Origin: Aquificaceae bacterium
Lineage (GTDB): Bacteria; Aquificota; Aquificia; Aquificales; Aquificaceae
DNA length: 19,251 nt
Direction: 5' to 3'
Assembly (NCBI GenBank): GCA_037924335.1
Contig: JAXSMZ010000007.1
Span: forward strand, 34,027 to 53,277
Shown: one piece after another, positions 8,618-17,687 of the stretch
Numbering within the stretch: position 1 is the first letter of the stretch
Layout: every line of letters starts with the position of its first letter
Made by a program: the position numbers and the translations under genes
Notes under the pieces: generated by a model
Told to the model about the DNA's origin: nothing
The model's input: only the letters and a program-made list of their open reading frames with translations
Databases searched by the model: none

Positions 8618-8956
8618 ATGTACTATTTTCTTCTTATCCTCTTTCTTATAGTAGCTCTATTTTTGATAGTGGTTGTTCTTTTGCAAAGGAGCAGAGGAGA
8701 TGTGGGAGCAGCCTTTGGTGGAATGGGGCAAGGGATGTTTGGTCCGGGTGGTGTGGATACAATTCTCACAAAGATAACCTATTGGCTTGGTTTCATGCTC
8801 ATGTTCTTAGCTGTTGTTCTTGCACTTACCCACCCATCAAGGAAGGGTTCTTTAATAAAGGATGAAGGTCAAAGACCTCCTACGGCAACAAAGCAGAGCA
8901 AGCCAGAGGGAAAAGTACCTGCTCCTGTCTCACCTTCTGAAGAAAAAAGTAAGTGA
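8618..8956 (+). CDS. secG: Preprotein translocase subunit SecG
   Basis: TM1-VLLQRSRG-Gly-rich loop (AFGG...MFG)-LTKIT-TM2, then a low-complexity tail. Confidence 0.93.
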   Translation: MYYFLLILFLIVALFLIVVVLLQRSRGDVGAAFGGMGQGMFGPGGVDTILTKITYWLGFMLMFLAVVLALTHPSRKGSLIKDEGQRPPTATKQSKPEGKVPAPVSPSEEKSK

Positions 8957-9677
8957 ACTTTACTTTCTCCTGGATGAAGACTTACCCGAGGATATAGTTA
9001 AAGAGTATTTGAGGCTCTTGTCCATGCTGGAGAACGGTTATCCTCTTCAGTATCTTATAGGGGAGTGGGACTTTTATGGCAGAACCTTTAAGGTAAAGGA
9101 AGGAGTGCTCATCCCAAGACCAGAGACAGAGATCCTTGTAGAGAAGTGTCTTGAGAAGATACCCAGAGAAGGAAGCATACTGGGCTTTGAAATAGGTATA
9201 GGAACTGGCTGTATTTCTATCACCCTTCTTCTTGAAAGGGAAAACCTTATCATGTACGGCGATGATGTGAACGATAGAGCCACAGAGCTGGCAAAAGCCA
9301 ATGCTGAACTTCATGGTGTAAAAAGTAGGTTTATCATCCTTAAGGGTGATATGTTTGAGCCGGTCAAGGGCATGAAGTTTAACTTCGTTGTCTCAAACCC
9401 TCCGTACATACCACAGAAAGAATGGGAAAAACTTCCAAAGGGTGTGAGGATAGAAGGAATGGTATCTCTTATAGGTGGTGAGAAGGGCTATGAGTTCTAC
9501 GAGGGGTTCTCAAAAGAGGTTGGGGACTTTTTGAAGGATGATGGGTTTTTCTGTCTTGAGATAGGACATGACCAGGGAAGCGTGGTTAGGGATATCTTCT
9601 CTAAGAAGGGGTTTGAAGTTATAGTTTATAAGGACTATACTAATAACGATAGGGTTGTGCTGGGATGGAAACCTTAG
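8862..9677 (+). CDS. prmC: Release factor glutamine N5-methyltransferase
   Basis: GYPLQYLIGEWDFYG, VLIPRPETE, EIGIGTGCI, VSNPPYI and LEIGHDQ. Confidence 0.95.
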   Translation: MKVKDLLRQQSRASQREKYLLLSHLLKKKVSELYFLLDEDLPEDIVKEYLRLLSMLENGYPLQYLIGEWDFYGRTFKVKEGVLIPRPETEILVEKCLEKIPREGSILGFEIGIGTGCISITLLLERENLIMYGDDVNDRATELAKANAELHGVKSRFIILKGDMFEPVKGMKFNFVVSNPPYIPQKEWEKLPKGVRIEGMVSLIGGEKGYEFYEGFSKEVGDFLKDDGFFCLEIGHDQGSVVRDIFSKKGFEVIVYKDYTNNDRVVLGWKP

Positions 9678-10888
9678 GCCTCTTGCTTGGAGTTTTCTTT
9701 TTTATACTCATCGAAGGCTTCTTTGCTGGAGCTGAGATAGCTATAGTAAGCACAGACAGGAGCAAAGTGCTGGCTATTTATAGAAAGACGGGCTACAGGT
9801 TTCTAGTAGACCTTCACGATAACCCAGAAGAGTACATGACCCTTACCATGCTTGGCTACACCGTGAGCATAGTTTTTGCTTCCACTTTTTACACTCTTGC
9901 TGTGATCACACTCTCCAATTACATACCTTACCTGAAGGGTTACGAGACGCTCTTCTCCTTAACTCTCGTAATTTTTACCCTCCTTTTTGGTGAGATAATT
10001 CCAAAGAGCCTTTTTCAAAGGCATGCAGAAAAACTGCTCATCCCAAGTGTTTGGTTTTTGAGTAAGCTCAAGATAATAGCTCTCCCAGTGCTGAGCCTTT
10101 CAAGGAAGACAAGCAGAATTCTGACAGACTTTTTCAGAAAAAGATACAAGGAAGTTGTGAGCAGAAAGGATATGATAAAGCTTCTTGAGGAGGTTGAGCT
10201 TCAAGAGGACAGGATAAAGATAGCAGTCAAGCTTTTGACTCTCAAGGAAAGCATGGTTTCTGAAGTTATGAAACCCATCTACCAAGTTGTGATGGTTGAT
10301 GAGGTATCAAACGTAGGGCAAACTCTTCGTAGAATGAGGGAAAGCGGATTTACCAAGCTTCCAGTTTATAGGACGAGAATAGACAACATACTGGGATACG
10401 TTGATATTTATGACATAATAGATAACCCAACTACAAGCTCTATAAAGGAATTTATAAAACCTCTCATCTTTTTCTCTGAGTTTACACCCCTCCATTACGT
10501 TCTTGAAGCCTTCAGAAAGAGCTCTGGAAAGATGGGAATTGTGGTAGATGAGAGGGGTATAGTGCTGGGCGTAGTGACTTTGGACGACCTTATGAGAGAA
10601 GTTCTGGGACAGATAGGGGACAGTTTTGTGAAATCCGAGGAACCCATAAAAGAGGTTGAGAGAGACAAATGGGTTGTGGATGGTATGCTTGAGAAACATG
10701 ACTTTGAAAAGGTAGTAGGCATAAAGTTTCCAGAAGGACCTTACACTACAGTTGGGGGATTTGTGACGTACGAGCTTAAAAGCATACCACGGAAGGGGGA
10801 CAGTATTGTCTGCTGTGGTCTTAAGTTTACCGTTATTCAATCTGATCAGAGGCGAGCTGTAAAGCTCATGGTAACAAAGCATGTATAA
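9665..10888 (+). CDS. CNNM (DUF21)-CBS-CorC/HlyC family Mg/Co transporter
   Basis: GFFAGAEIAIVS and FGEIIPKS; CBS pair (GFTKLPVY, IVVDERG..LGVVTLDD); CorC tail YTTVGGF. Confidence 0.9.
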   Translation: METLGLLLGVFFFILIEGFFAGAEIAIVSTDRSKVLAIYRKTGYRFLVDLHDNPEEYMTLTMLGYTVSIVFASTFYTLAVITLSNYIPYLKGYETLFSLTLVIFTLLFGEIIPKSLFQRHAEKLLIPSVWFLSKLKIIALPVLSLSRKTSRILTDFFRKRYKEVVSRKDMIKLLEEVELQEDRIKIAVKLLTLKESMVSEVMKPIYQVVMVDEVSNVGQTLRRMRESGFTKLPVYRTRIDNILGYVDIYDIIDNPTTSSIKEFIKPLIFFSEFTPLHYVLEAFRKSSGKMGIVVDERGIVLGVVTLDDLMREVLGQIGDSFVKSEEPIKEVERDKWVVDGMLEKHDFEKVVGIKFPEGPYTTVGGFVTYELKSIPRKGDSIVCCGLKFTVIQSDQRRAVKLMVTKHV

Positions 10889-11555
10889 GGGCAAAGGGTT
10901 TAAGGATATACCAGAGGAGCTAAGACCAAGAGAAAAGATGAAGAAGATGGGAGCCTCTTACCTCTCCGATGAGGAGCTTTTGGCTCTAATCCTGGGTTCT
11001 GGAAGCAAAAATGAGGATGTCCTCTCACTTTCCAAAAGGATACTAAAGCTTGGATGGGAAAAGCTTAAAAGTATGCCCGTGGATAGTATAGTTAAGGAGT
11101 TAAAGGGTATAGGTGAGGCAAAGGCTTGCCAGATAAAGGCTCTTATAGAACTAAGCGGACGCATATACGAACCTTACCAGGGCATAGTTATAACATCGCC
11201 TGAGGATGTTTACACCTTCCTTAAGGATAAGGTGGACGACAGAAGGGAGCACCTGATAGGTGTGTATCTTAGCCCATCCAACTCAGTTTTGGGTTACGAT
11301 GTGATAGCCGTTGGAAAGATGAACTCGGTTTTTGCAGAGCCAAAGGATGTGCTCTACGGGGCTCTGCGTATGCTTTGTCATTCTTTAATACTTGTGCATA
11401 CACATCCAAAGGGAGACCCAAATCCCTCAAAGGAGGATGTGGAATTTACAAAGAGGATCCTCTCGGCATGCGAGCTCCTTGGCTTTGAACTTCTTGACCA
11501 CATAATACTTACAAAAAAGGGATACTTCTCTATGAAGGAGAAGGGGGTAATATAA
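10881..11555 (+). CDS. radC: RadC family (UPF0758) JAB-domain protein
   Basis: RPREKM...LSDEELLALIL, HhH motif KGIGEAKA, JAB motif HTHPKGDPNPSKED and LLDHIIL. Confidence 0.92.
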   Translation: MYKGKGFKDIPEELRPREKMKKMGASYLSDEELLALILGSGSKNEDVLSLSKRILKLGWEKLKSMPVDSIVKELKGIGEAKACQIKALIELSGRIYEPYQGIVITSPEDVYTFLKDKVDDRREHLIGVYLSPSNSVLGYDVIAVGKMNSVFAEPKDVLYGALRMLCHSLILVHTHPKGDPNPSKEDVEFTKRILSACELLGFELLDHIILTKKGYFSMKEKGVI

Positions 11556-11565
11556 TATAAGCCAA

Positions 11566-13956
11566 ATGGATATAGAAAAGTTTATCAGATACTGGAGGGC
11601 ATGCTGCTACCTTTCAGCGGGTATGATATACCTGCAGGACAACCCCCTTCTCAAAGAGAAGTTAAAACCAGAACATATAAAGAGAAGGCTTCTTGGACAT
11701 TGGGGGGCAAGTCCTGGCATAAGCTTTGCGTATGTTCATGCGAACAGAGTCATAAAGAGATATGACATCAACTGTATATTCATCCCCGGTCCTGGACATG
11801 GTGCACCGGGTTTTATAGCTCCCGTGTACCTTGAGGGTACTCTGAGTGAGCATTATCCCCAGTTCAGTCAAGATGAAGAGGGGATGAAAAGGCTTTTTAG
11901 GTCCTTCTCCTTCCCTGGCGGACTGGGAAGCCACTGTACTCCTGAGATACCAGGGTCCATACAGGAAGGTGGGGAGCTCGGTTATAGCCTATCTCATGCC
12001 TTTGGATCTGTCTTCGATAACCCGAACCTCATAGCTGTTACGCTTGTGGGAGACGGTGAAGCTGAAACTGGACCCCTTGCTACAGCTTGGCACTGTAATA
12101 AGTTTTTGAATCCAGCAAAAGATGGAGCAGTCCTTCCTATACTCCTCCTTAACGGTTATAAGATCAACAATCCTACTATCCTTGCAAGGATTGAGGAAGA
12201 GGAACTTTTGAACCTATTCAGAGGATACGGCTATGACCCAAGGGTAGTGGAAGGTACGGATGAGATAGAAGTGCATGAGAGCATGGCCAATGTGATGGAC
12301 GGATGTATAAAGCAAATATTGGAAGTGTGGGAGACTTCAAGGGCTAACCAGAAGTTCTTTAGACCTAAATGGCCTATGATAATACTCCGTATACCAAAGG
12401 GATGGACAGCTCCAAAGAAGGTTGACGGGCATTACATAGAGGGTTACTGGAGAGCACACCAGGTTCCTATTCAGGATGTCAGGGAAAATCCAGAGCATCT
12501 TTCAGTACTTGAAAGTTGGCTTAGGAGCTATAAACCAGAAGAGCTCTTTGATGAAAATGGGAGGCTCATAGAGGAACTCAGACAGCTTATTCCAGAGAGA
12601 AGGATGAGCTCAAATCCAAACGCCAACGGTGGGCTCCTGAGAGTTCCCCTCAAGCTTCCGGGTCTGAAGGAGTTTTCCATTGACGTAAAAGATCCTGCAA
12701 AGGTTTACTCGGAAAATACAAGACCTTTGGGAAGCTTCCTAAGGGATGTTATAAGGTTGAACCCAGACAACTTCCGTATTTTTGGTCCAGATGAGACACA
12801 TTCAAACAGGCTTTACGATGTCTTTCATTTTGGCAAAGCTTGGATGGCAGACTATCGTCCCGAGGATGAGGATGAGGGCTTTTTGAGCCCCTTGGGTAGA
12901 ACTGTTGAAATGCTCTCAGAACATACGATGGAAGGCTTGCTAGAAGGCTACATACTTACAGGAAGGCATGGCCTTTTGAACACTTACGAGGGTTTTTCTC
13001 CCATAATATCCTCTATGGTAAACCAGTTTGGTAAATGGCTCGACATATCTTCCGATATTCCTTGGAGAATGCCCCTATCTTCCCTTAACCTTCTTCTTAC
13101 ATCCGTTGTTTGGAGACAGGACCACAACGGTTTTACTCATCAAGACCCAGGGTTTATAAATTCAATAGTGGACAAATGGCCCAATGTGGTCAGAGTATAC
13201 TTTCCTCCAGATGCCAATACGCTACTTTGCATTGTGTGGCAATGTCTACAGACAACAAACAGGATAAACATAATCATATCTGACAAACAGAAACATCCTC
13301 AGTATTTGAACATGGAAGATGCTATAAAGCATGCGGTAAAGGGTATAGGTATATGGGATTTTGCAAGCAACCACTTAGAGGATGATCCCCATGTTGTCTT
13401 AGCAAGCTGTGGAGATATACCTACAAAGGAGGCTGTAGCCGCATCCTTCCTTTTGAAGGATGCCTTTCCCTACCTTAGGATAAGGTTTGTAAACGTAGTT
13501 AATTTATTCTGTTTAACACAGGACACGGAGCATCCAGATGGTCTTAAGGACAGAGACTTCGACTCTTACTTCACAAAGGATAAGCCCATAATATTCAACT
13601 TTCACGGATACCCTTGGCTAATACATAGGCTAACGTACAGAAGAACAAACCATAGGAATCTTCATGTGAGAGGATACAGAGAGAACAGGAAAGTTGGCAT
13701 AGATGCCTCTTATCTCACACCCTTTTTAAAGGGAAGGGGAGGGATAACAACTCCCCTTCAGCTTGCTATACTCAATCAGGTGGACAGATTCAGCATAGCC
13801 ATCGATGTGATAGAGAGGGTTAAAGAACTTCAGGACAGAGGAGCAAGCTTTAAGGACAAACTAAAGAACATGCAGATAGAAGCCCTTGAGTATGCTTACG
13901 CCAACGGTGTAGATAAGCAAGAGTATGAGACGCTTACTTACGCTCAACTACGGTAG
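11566..13956 (+). CDS. xfp: Xylulose-5-P/fructose-6-P phosphoketolase
   Basis: LLGHWG, GPGHG, EGGELGY, TPP motif GDGEAETG...NGYKINNP, GPDETHSNRL, EMLSEH, WRQDHNGFTHQDPG and FHGYP. Confidence 0.96.
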   Translation: MDIEKFIRYWRACCYLSAGMIYLQDNPLLKEKLKPEHIKRRLLGHWGASPGISFAYVHANRVIKRYDINCIFIPGPGHGAPGFIAPVYLEGTLSEHYPQFSQDEEGMKRLFRSFSFPGGLGSHCTPEIPGSIQEGGELGYSLSHAFGSVFDNPNLIAVTLVGDGEAETGPLATAWHCNKFLNPAKDGAVLPILLLNGYKINNPTILARIEEEELLNLFRGYGYDPRVVEGTDEIEVHESMANVMDGCIKQILEVWETSRANQKFFRPKWPMIILRIPKGWTAPKKVDGHYIEGYWRAHQVPIQDVRENPEHLSVLESWLRSYKPEELFDENGRLIEELRQLIPERRMSSNPNANGGLLRVPLKLPGLKEFSIDVKDPAKVYSENTRPLGSFLRDVIRLNPDNFRIFGPDETHSNRLYDVFHFGKAWMADYRPEDEDEGFLSPLGRTVEMLSEHTMEGLLEGYILTGRHGLLNTYEGFSPIISSMVNQFGKWLDISSDIPWRMPLSSLNLLLTSVVWRQDHNGFTHQDPGFINSIVDKWPNVVRVYFPPDANTLLCIVWQCLQTTNRINIIISDKQKHPQYLNMEDAIKHAVKGIGIWDFASNHLEDDPHVVLASCGDIPTKEAVAASFLLKDAFPYLRIRFVNVVNLFCLTQDTEHPDGLKDRDFDSYFTKDKPIIFNFHGYPWLIHRLTYRRTNHRNLHVRGYRENRKVGIDASYLTPFLKGRGGITTPLQLAILNQVDRFSIAIDVIERVKELQDRGASFKDKLKNMQIEALEYAYANGVDKQEYETLTYAQLR

Positions 13957-15016
13957 TTCCTCCCTTAAATTTGCCCTCTTTGAAGAGTACAAAAGGTTAG
14001 AGTACGATGTTTTGAATTTGAATGAAGAAAGTGATCATAAAGATGCCCTTCTTCATGTTCTTGAAAGGTATAAAGATAAAGGTCTGTCCTTTGTAGTCCA
14101 TAGGGTTGTCCATGGTATGGGACACAAAGGTCCAACGCTTTTGGATAAAGAAGGCTTAAGGCTCATAAAGGAGCTTACAGAAGTTAGCCCTCTTCATAAC
14201 ACCTTTGCCGCTGTAGGTATAGAGATGTTTTTTGAAAAGATGCCATGGGTTTCTCAGTATGCTGTCTTTGATACGTCCTTTCATACAACCATGCCATTAC
14301 ATTCAAGTTCTTATGCCATACCTACAAAGCTCTATGAGGAAGGCATAAGAAGGTACGGCTTCCACGGTGTATCTTACTCTTACCTGCTTAAAGAGTCTTC
14401 CAGATTGCTAAAAAAGGAGCCGCACCAACTCAGTCTGATAATGCTACATCTTGGAAGTGGGTCTAGTATCTGCGCTGTCCACGAAGGAAAGTCAGTTGAC
14501 ACATCCATGGGGATGACACCCTTAGAAGGGCTTGTTATGTCTACAAGGGGTGGGGACTTGGACCCAGGTATAGTGCTACACTTACTCAAGAAGGGTCTAT
14601 CTTTGGAAGAGGTTGAGCGTATGCTTTACAGGGACTTTGGGCTTAAAGGTGTATGCGGCTTATCTGACATGCGCCAGGTTATAGAAAAGGTTCAAGAGGG
14701 AGACAAGAAGGCAGAGCTTGCCCTCTCCCTTTACGTTTACAGGATAAAAAAATACATAGGAGCTTACCATGCTCTACTTCCCAAACTTCATGCCATAGTT
14801 TTCTCGGGGGGAGTTGGAGAGAACAGCCCCCTGGTAAGGAGTATGGTATGCAAAGGATTAGAAAAGATTGGTATAATCATAGATGAGAAGATGAACGAGC
14901 AAAGAAATTTACCACTGTTTATAAACAAGCAAAGGAGCAAGGTCAAAGTTTTGGTAATAAAGACGGACGAAGAGCTTGAGATGGTAAGCCAGGTCTTAAG
15001 TTTATTGGAAAAATGA
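13925..15016 (+). CDS. ackA: Acetate kinase
   Basis: LNYGSSSLKF, HRVVHG, PLHN, VFDTSFH, RRYGFHGVS, HLGSGSS, DTSMGMTPLEG, FSGGVGEN and TDEE. Confidence 0.95.
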   Translation: MRRLLTLNYGSSSLKFALFEEYKRLEYDVLNLNEESDHKDALLHVLERYKDKGLSFVVHRVVHGMGHKGPTLLDKEGLRLIKELTEVSPLHNTFAAVGIEMFFEKMPWVSQYAVFDTSFHTTMPLHSSSYAIPTKLYEEGIRRYGFHGVSYSYLLKESSRLLKKEPHQLSLIMLHLGSGSSICAVHEGKSVDTSMGMTPLEGLVMSTRGGDLDPGIVLHLLKKGLSLEEVERMLYRDFGLKGVCGLSDMRQVIEKVQEGDKKAELALSLYVYRIKKYIGAYHALLPKLHAIVFSGGVGENSPLVRSMVCKGLEKIGIIIDEKMNEQRNLPLFINKQRSKVKVLVIKTDEELEMVSQVLSLLEK

Positions 15017-15882
15017 CGATCCTTTTAGATGGAAGGTCCCTATCGGAGAGAATGAGGAAGGAAATAGGCCAGCAAGTAGAGCGTATAGCTTCAAAAGGTT
15101 ACAGACAGCCATCCCTTGCCGTTGTTTTGGTCGGTGATGACCCAGCAAGTCATGTTTACGTGAGGAATAAAAGAAAAGCCTGTGAAAGTGTGGGTATTAG
15201 GTCGCTTTTCTATCACCTTCCACAGAATATTACGTTACCTGAACTTTTGGAGCTTATAGCACAGCTGAACAGCGATGAGGCTGTTGATGGTATACTTGTC
15301 CAACTTCCTCTTCCCAAGCACATACCAGAGCAGGAGGTTATTCTTTCCATATCATCCAAAAAAGATGTGGATGGCTTCCATCCAGAGAATATGGGAAAGC
15401 TGGTTGCACGCATAGAGGGTGGGTTTATACCATGCACACCCCTTGGAATAGATATACTGCTCAGACATTACAACATAGAACTCAAGGGCAAGGATGTTGT
15501 AATAGTTGGTGCTGGTTTTATAGTGGGAAGACCCCTTTCTCTTTTGATGCTCTGGAGGGATGCAACCGTATGCGTATGCCACATACACACGAAGGATATA
15601 ACCCTTTACACAAAAAAGGCAGATGTGCTAATATCTGCAACAGGTGTCCCCCATCTTATAAAAAAAGACATGATAAAGGATGGAGCCATTGTTGTTGATG
15701 TTGGTATATCAAAGATGGAAGACAGGATAGTAGGGGATGTGGATTTTGAAAATGTTAAAAAAAAAGCATACGCCATAACTCCAGTGCCAGGTGGTGTTGG
15801 TCCCATGACTGTTACAGCCCTTCTTTTAAACACCTTACAAGCATACAGAAACAATATGGGGATAAAGGATGAGGGTCTTTGA
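15013..15882 (+). CDS. folD: Bifunctional methylene-THF dehydrogenase/cyclohydrolase
   Basis: YVRNK, GILVQLPLP, KDVDGFHP, PCTPLG, VDVGI and TPVPGGVGPMT. Confidence 0.97.
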   Translation: MTILLDGRSLSERMRKEIGQQVERIASKGYRQPSLAVVLVGDDPASHVYVRNKRKACESVGIRSLFYHLPQNITLPELLELIAQLNSDEAVDGILVQLPLPKHIPEQEVILSISSKKDVDGFHPENMGKLVARIEGGFIPCTPLGIDILLRHYNIELKGKDVVIVGAGFIVGRPLSLLMLWRDATVCVCHIHTKDITLYTKKADVLISATGVPHLIKKDMIKDGAIVVDVGISKMEDRIVGDVDFENVKKKAYAITPVPGGVGPMTVTALLLNTLQAYRNNMGIKDEGL

Positions 15883-16516
15883 TGAGTACGCCCTGAGATA
15901 CGACCAGTGGTACGAAAGACCCTTTGGAAGGTCTGCCTACATGCTTGAAGCTGAGTGTCTCAAAAGATCCTACTCACCCAAGGACCTCTCACTGGAAGTT
16001 GGAGTGGGAAGTGGTAGGTTTGCATCAATATTGGGAGTGAGCTACGGTGTGGATACGTCTATAGAGCTTCTTAAGATGGCAAAAAATAGGGGTGTACGCT
16101 GCATCTTAGCAAAAGCAGAGAGCTTGCCTTTCAAAGATGAGCTTTTTGATAGTGTGTTAGTCGTTGTTTCTCTCTGTTTCTTTGATGACCCATTTTTATC
16201 CCTTAAAGAGGCCTACAGGGTTTTAAGAAAAAAAGGCCAACTCTTGCTCGGCCTCGTACTTTCGGATAGCAAGTGGGCAGATTTTTACAAAGAAAAAGCA
16301 AAGCGTGGACATGTGCTTTATAAGTATGCTAAGTTCTTCTCTCATTCTGAAGTCATAAGTATGCTAAAAGATGCTGGCTTTGAACTAAAAAACATATACA
16401 CAACTCTGTTTGAAGACCCTCAGGACAAAAATCCTGTGAAGAATGCTGAGATAAGGGAGGGTTTTCATGAAGAGGGTGGCTTTTTCTGTTTAGAAGCGCG
16501 TAAGCTATCTCCTTAG
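15869..16516 (+). CDS. Class I SAM-dependent methyltransferase
   Basis: [12 protein letters not shown], motif [23 protein letters not shown] and LKEAYRVL. Confidence 0.88.
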   Translation: MRVFDEYALRYDQWYERPFGRSAYMLEAECLKRSYSPKDLSLEVGVGSGRFASILGVSYGVDTSIELLKMAKNRGVRCILAKAESLPFKDELFDSVLVVVSLCFFDDPFLSLKEAYRVLRKKGQLLLGLVLSDSKWADFYKEKAKRGHVLYKYAKFFSHSEVISMLKDAGFELKNIYTTLFEDPQDKNPVKNAEIREGFHEEGGFFCLEARKLSP

Positions 16517-16954
16517 ATCATCAAGCTCTCTTGCAGCAGCGTAGAGTATAGCTTCTGCTGCTTTTTGACCATCTACCGTAGCTGTACCCTTCATTTTGGA
16601 AAGGGTTTTCTTCAGGGATATAACTTCCAGTTCCATGATAAGCTGGTCTCCAGGATACACAGGTCTTTTGAACCTTGCCTCGTCAATACCGGCAAAAACT
16701 ACAGCGTACTTACCTATCTCAAGCTCAAGGGATTTTATCATAAGTATGCCACCGAGCTGTGCCATAGCCTCAAGTATGTAAACGCCGGGCATAAGTGGAA
16801 AACCAGGAAAGTGTCCCTGAAAGTAAGGCTCGTTCATAGAAACGTTTTTAAGCCCAACTATTTTCTTTCCAAGCTTCATCTCCAAAACTTTGTCTACCAG
16901 AAGCAAAGGATATCTGTGGGGAAGGATCTCTAAGATATCTCTTATATGCATCAT
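16505..16954 (-). CDS. fabZ: 3-hydroxyacyl-ACP dehydratase
   Basis: [33 protein letters not shown] and [11 protein letters not shown]. Confidence 0.97.
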   Translation of the reverse strand: MMHIRDILEILPHRYPLLLVDKVLEMKLGKKIVGLKNVSMNEPYFQGHFPGFPLMPGVYILEAMAQLGGILMIKSLELEIGKYAVVFAGIDEARFKRPVYPGDQLIMELEVISLKKTLSKMKGTATVDGQKAAEAILYAAARELDDLRR

Positions 16955-17028
16955 TAGTTTCCATTATAAACCCTTTTCATAAAAATTTCATCTTCTTAAG
17001 TTTATAATTCTTCTAAGGAGGTGTAAGG

Positions 17029-17454
17029 ATGAAAAAGATGGCTCTGGTCAGCATCCTTGGCGTTGCACTGCTAGCATCCTGCCAAAAGAAGCCTGAAGAA
17101 CAAGCTCCAGCACAACCGCCAGCTGAGAAACCAGCACAACCGCCAGCAGAGCAGCCACAGAAACCGCCGGCTGAACAGCCAAAACAAGAATCTACAGGAC
17201 CTGCAAAGGACATGACGGCTCTTGCTCAACAGAAGGGCTGTTTTGCATGCCATGATGTAAACACAAAGAAGGTAGGTCCCGCATACAAAGACGTTGCCAA
17301 GAAATTCGCTGGACAGCCCAACGCCGCTGAAGAGCTTGCCAAAAGAATAAAGAATGGTGGTGTAGGAGTCTGGGGACAGGTGCCCATGCCACCACAGAAC
17401 GTAACAGATGAAGAAGCGAAAGAGTTAGCTCAGTGGATACTCTCCCTTAAATGA
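17029..17454 (+). CDS. Lipoprotein-anchored class I monoheme cytochrome c (c551/c552 family)
   Basis: Lipobox LLAS|C, Pro/Gln/Ala/Glu linker, CFACH heme motif, VGPAY and GVWGQVPMPPQNV (axial Met). AAGGAGGT Shine-Dalgarno at 17015-17022; TATAAT at 17003-17008. Confidence 0.93.
   Translation: MKKMALVSILGVALLASCQKKPEEQAPAQPPAEKPAQPPAEQPQKPPAEQPKQESTGPAKDMTALAQQKGCFACHDVNTKKVGPAYKDVAKKFAGQPNAAEELAKRIKNGGVGVWGQVPMPPQNVTDEEAKELAQWILSLK
17107..17178 (+). repeat. Three degenerate 24-bp tandem units encoding the cytochrome linker
   Basis: ccagcacaaccgccagctgagaaa / ccagcacaaccgccagcagagcag / ccacagaaaccgccggctgaacag = PAQPPAEK PAQPPAEQ PQKPPAEQ. Confidence 0.85.
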
Positions 17455-17687
17455 GGGAACTTTTAAAAAGCTTTGTTGAGCTTCACTTCAAAAAGCCGGT
17501 AGAGGTATCCTATAGCTATGTTCAGGATATTCTGCTGGTTTCCCTCTTTCTAGAATACTTTGGTTTGGATAACCCACTTGGAATATACGTCTTGGACCTT
17601 TATCCTGAGCTTTTGCAAGAGTTTCATACTTGGCATAAAAGCTTAGGTATAGAGAGGTCGCCCATCAGCTTACTTCCGTGCTGCTAA
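17451..17687 (+). CDS. Small CC-star (cory-CC-star-like) protein ending in Cys-Cys
   Basis: GLDNPLGIYVLDLYPELLQEFHTWHKSLGIERSP...CC-stop resembles the cory-CC-star family (G.PNP..YYTLEL.P....FH.WH..MG...SP...CC). It lies directly upstream of an ArsA-family gene. Confidence 0.78.
   Translation: MRELLKSFVELHFKKPVEVSYSYVQDILLVSLFLEYFGLDNPLGIYVLDLYPELLQEFHTWHKSLGIERSPISLLPCC

Noticed and set aside
8599..8865. Cys-rich 88-aa ORF and other short shadow ORFs (e.g. 1007-1465, 10307-10894, 16565-16933)
   Set aside because: They are alternative-frame or antisense overlaps of well-supported genes and carry no recognisable motifs.
10881..11555. radC as a marker of a mobile element
   Set aside because: It is the full-length form with the N-terminal HhH region, overlaps a housekeeping gene, and no integrase or att site is seen.
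17107..17178. 24-bp repeats as a CRISPR array
   Set aside because: They are contiguous and in-frame, with no spacers, inside a coding linker.
17679..17687. Selenocysteine at the CC-star C-terminus
   Set aside because: The codons are TGC TGC TAA, with no in-frame TGA.
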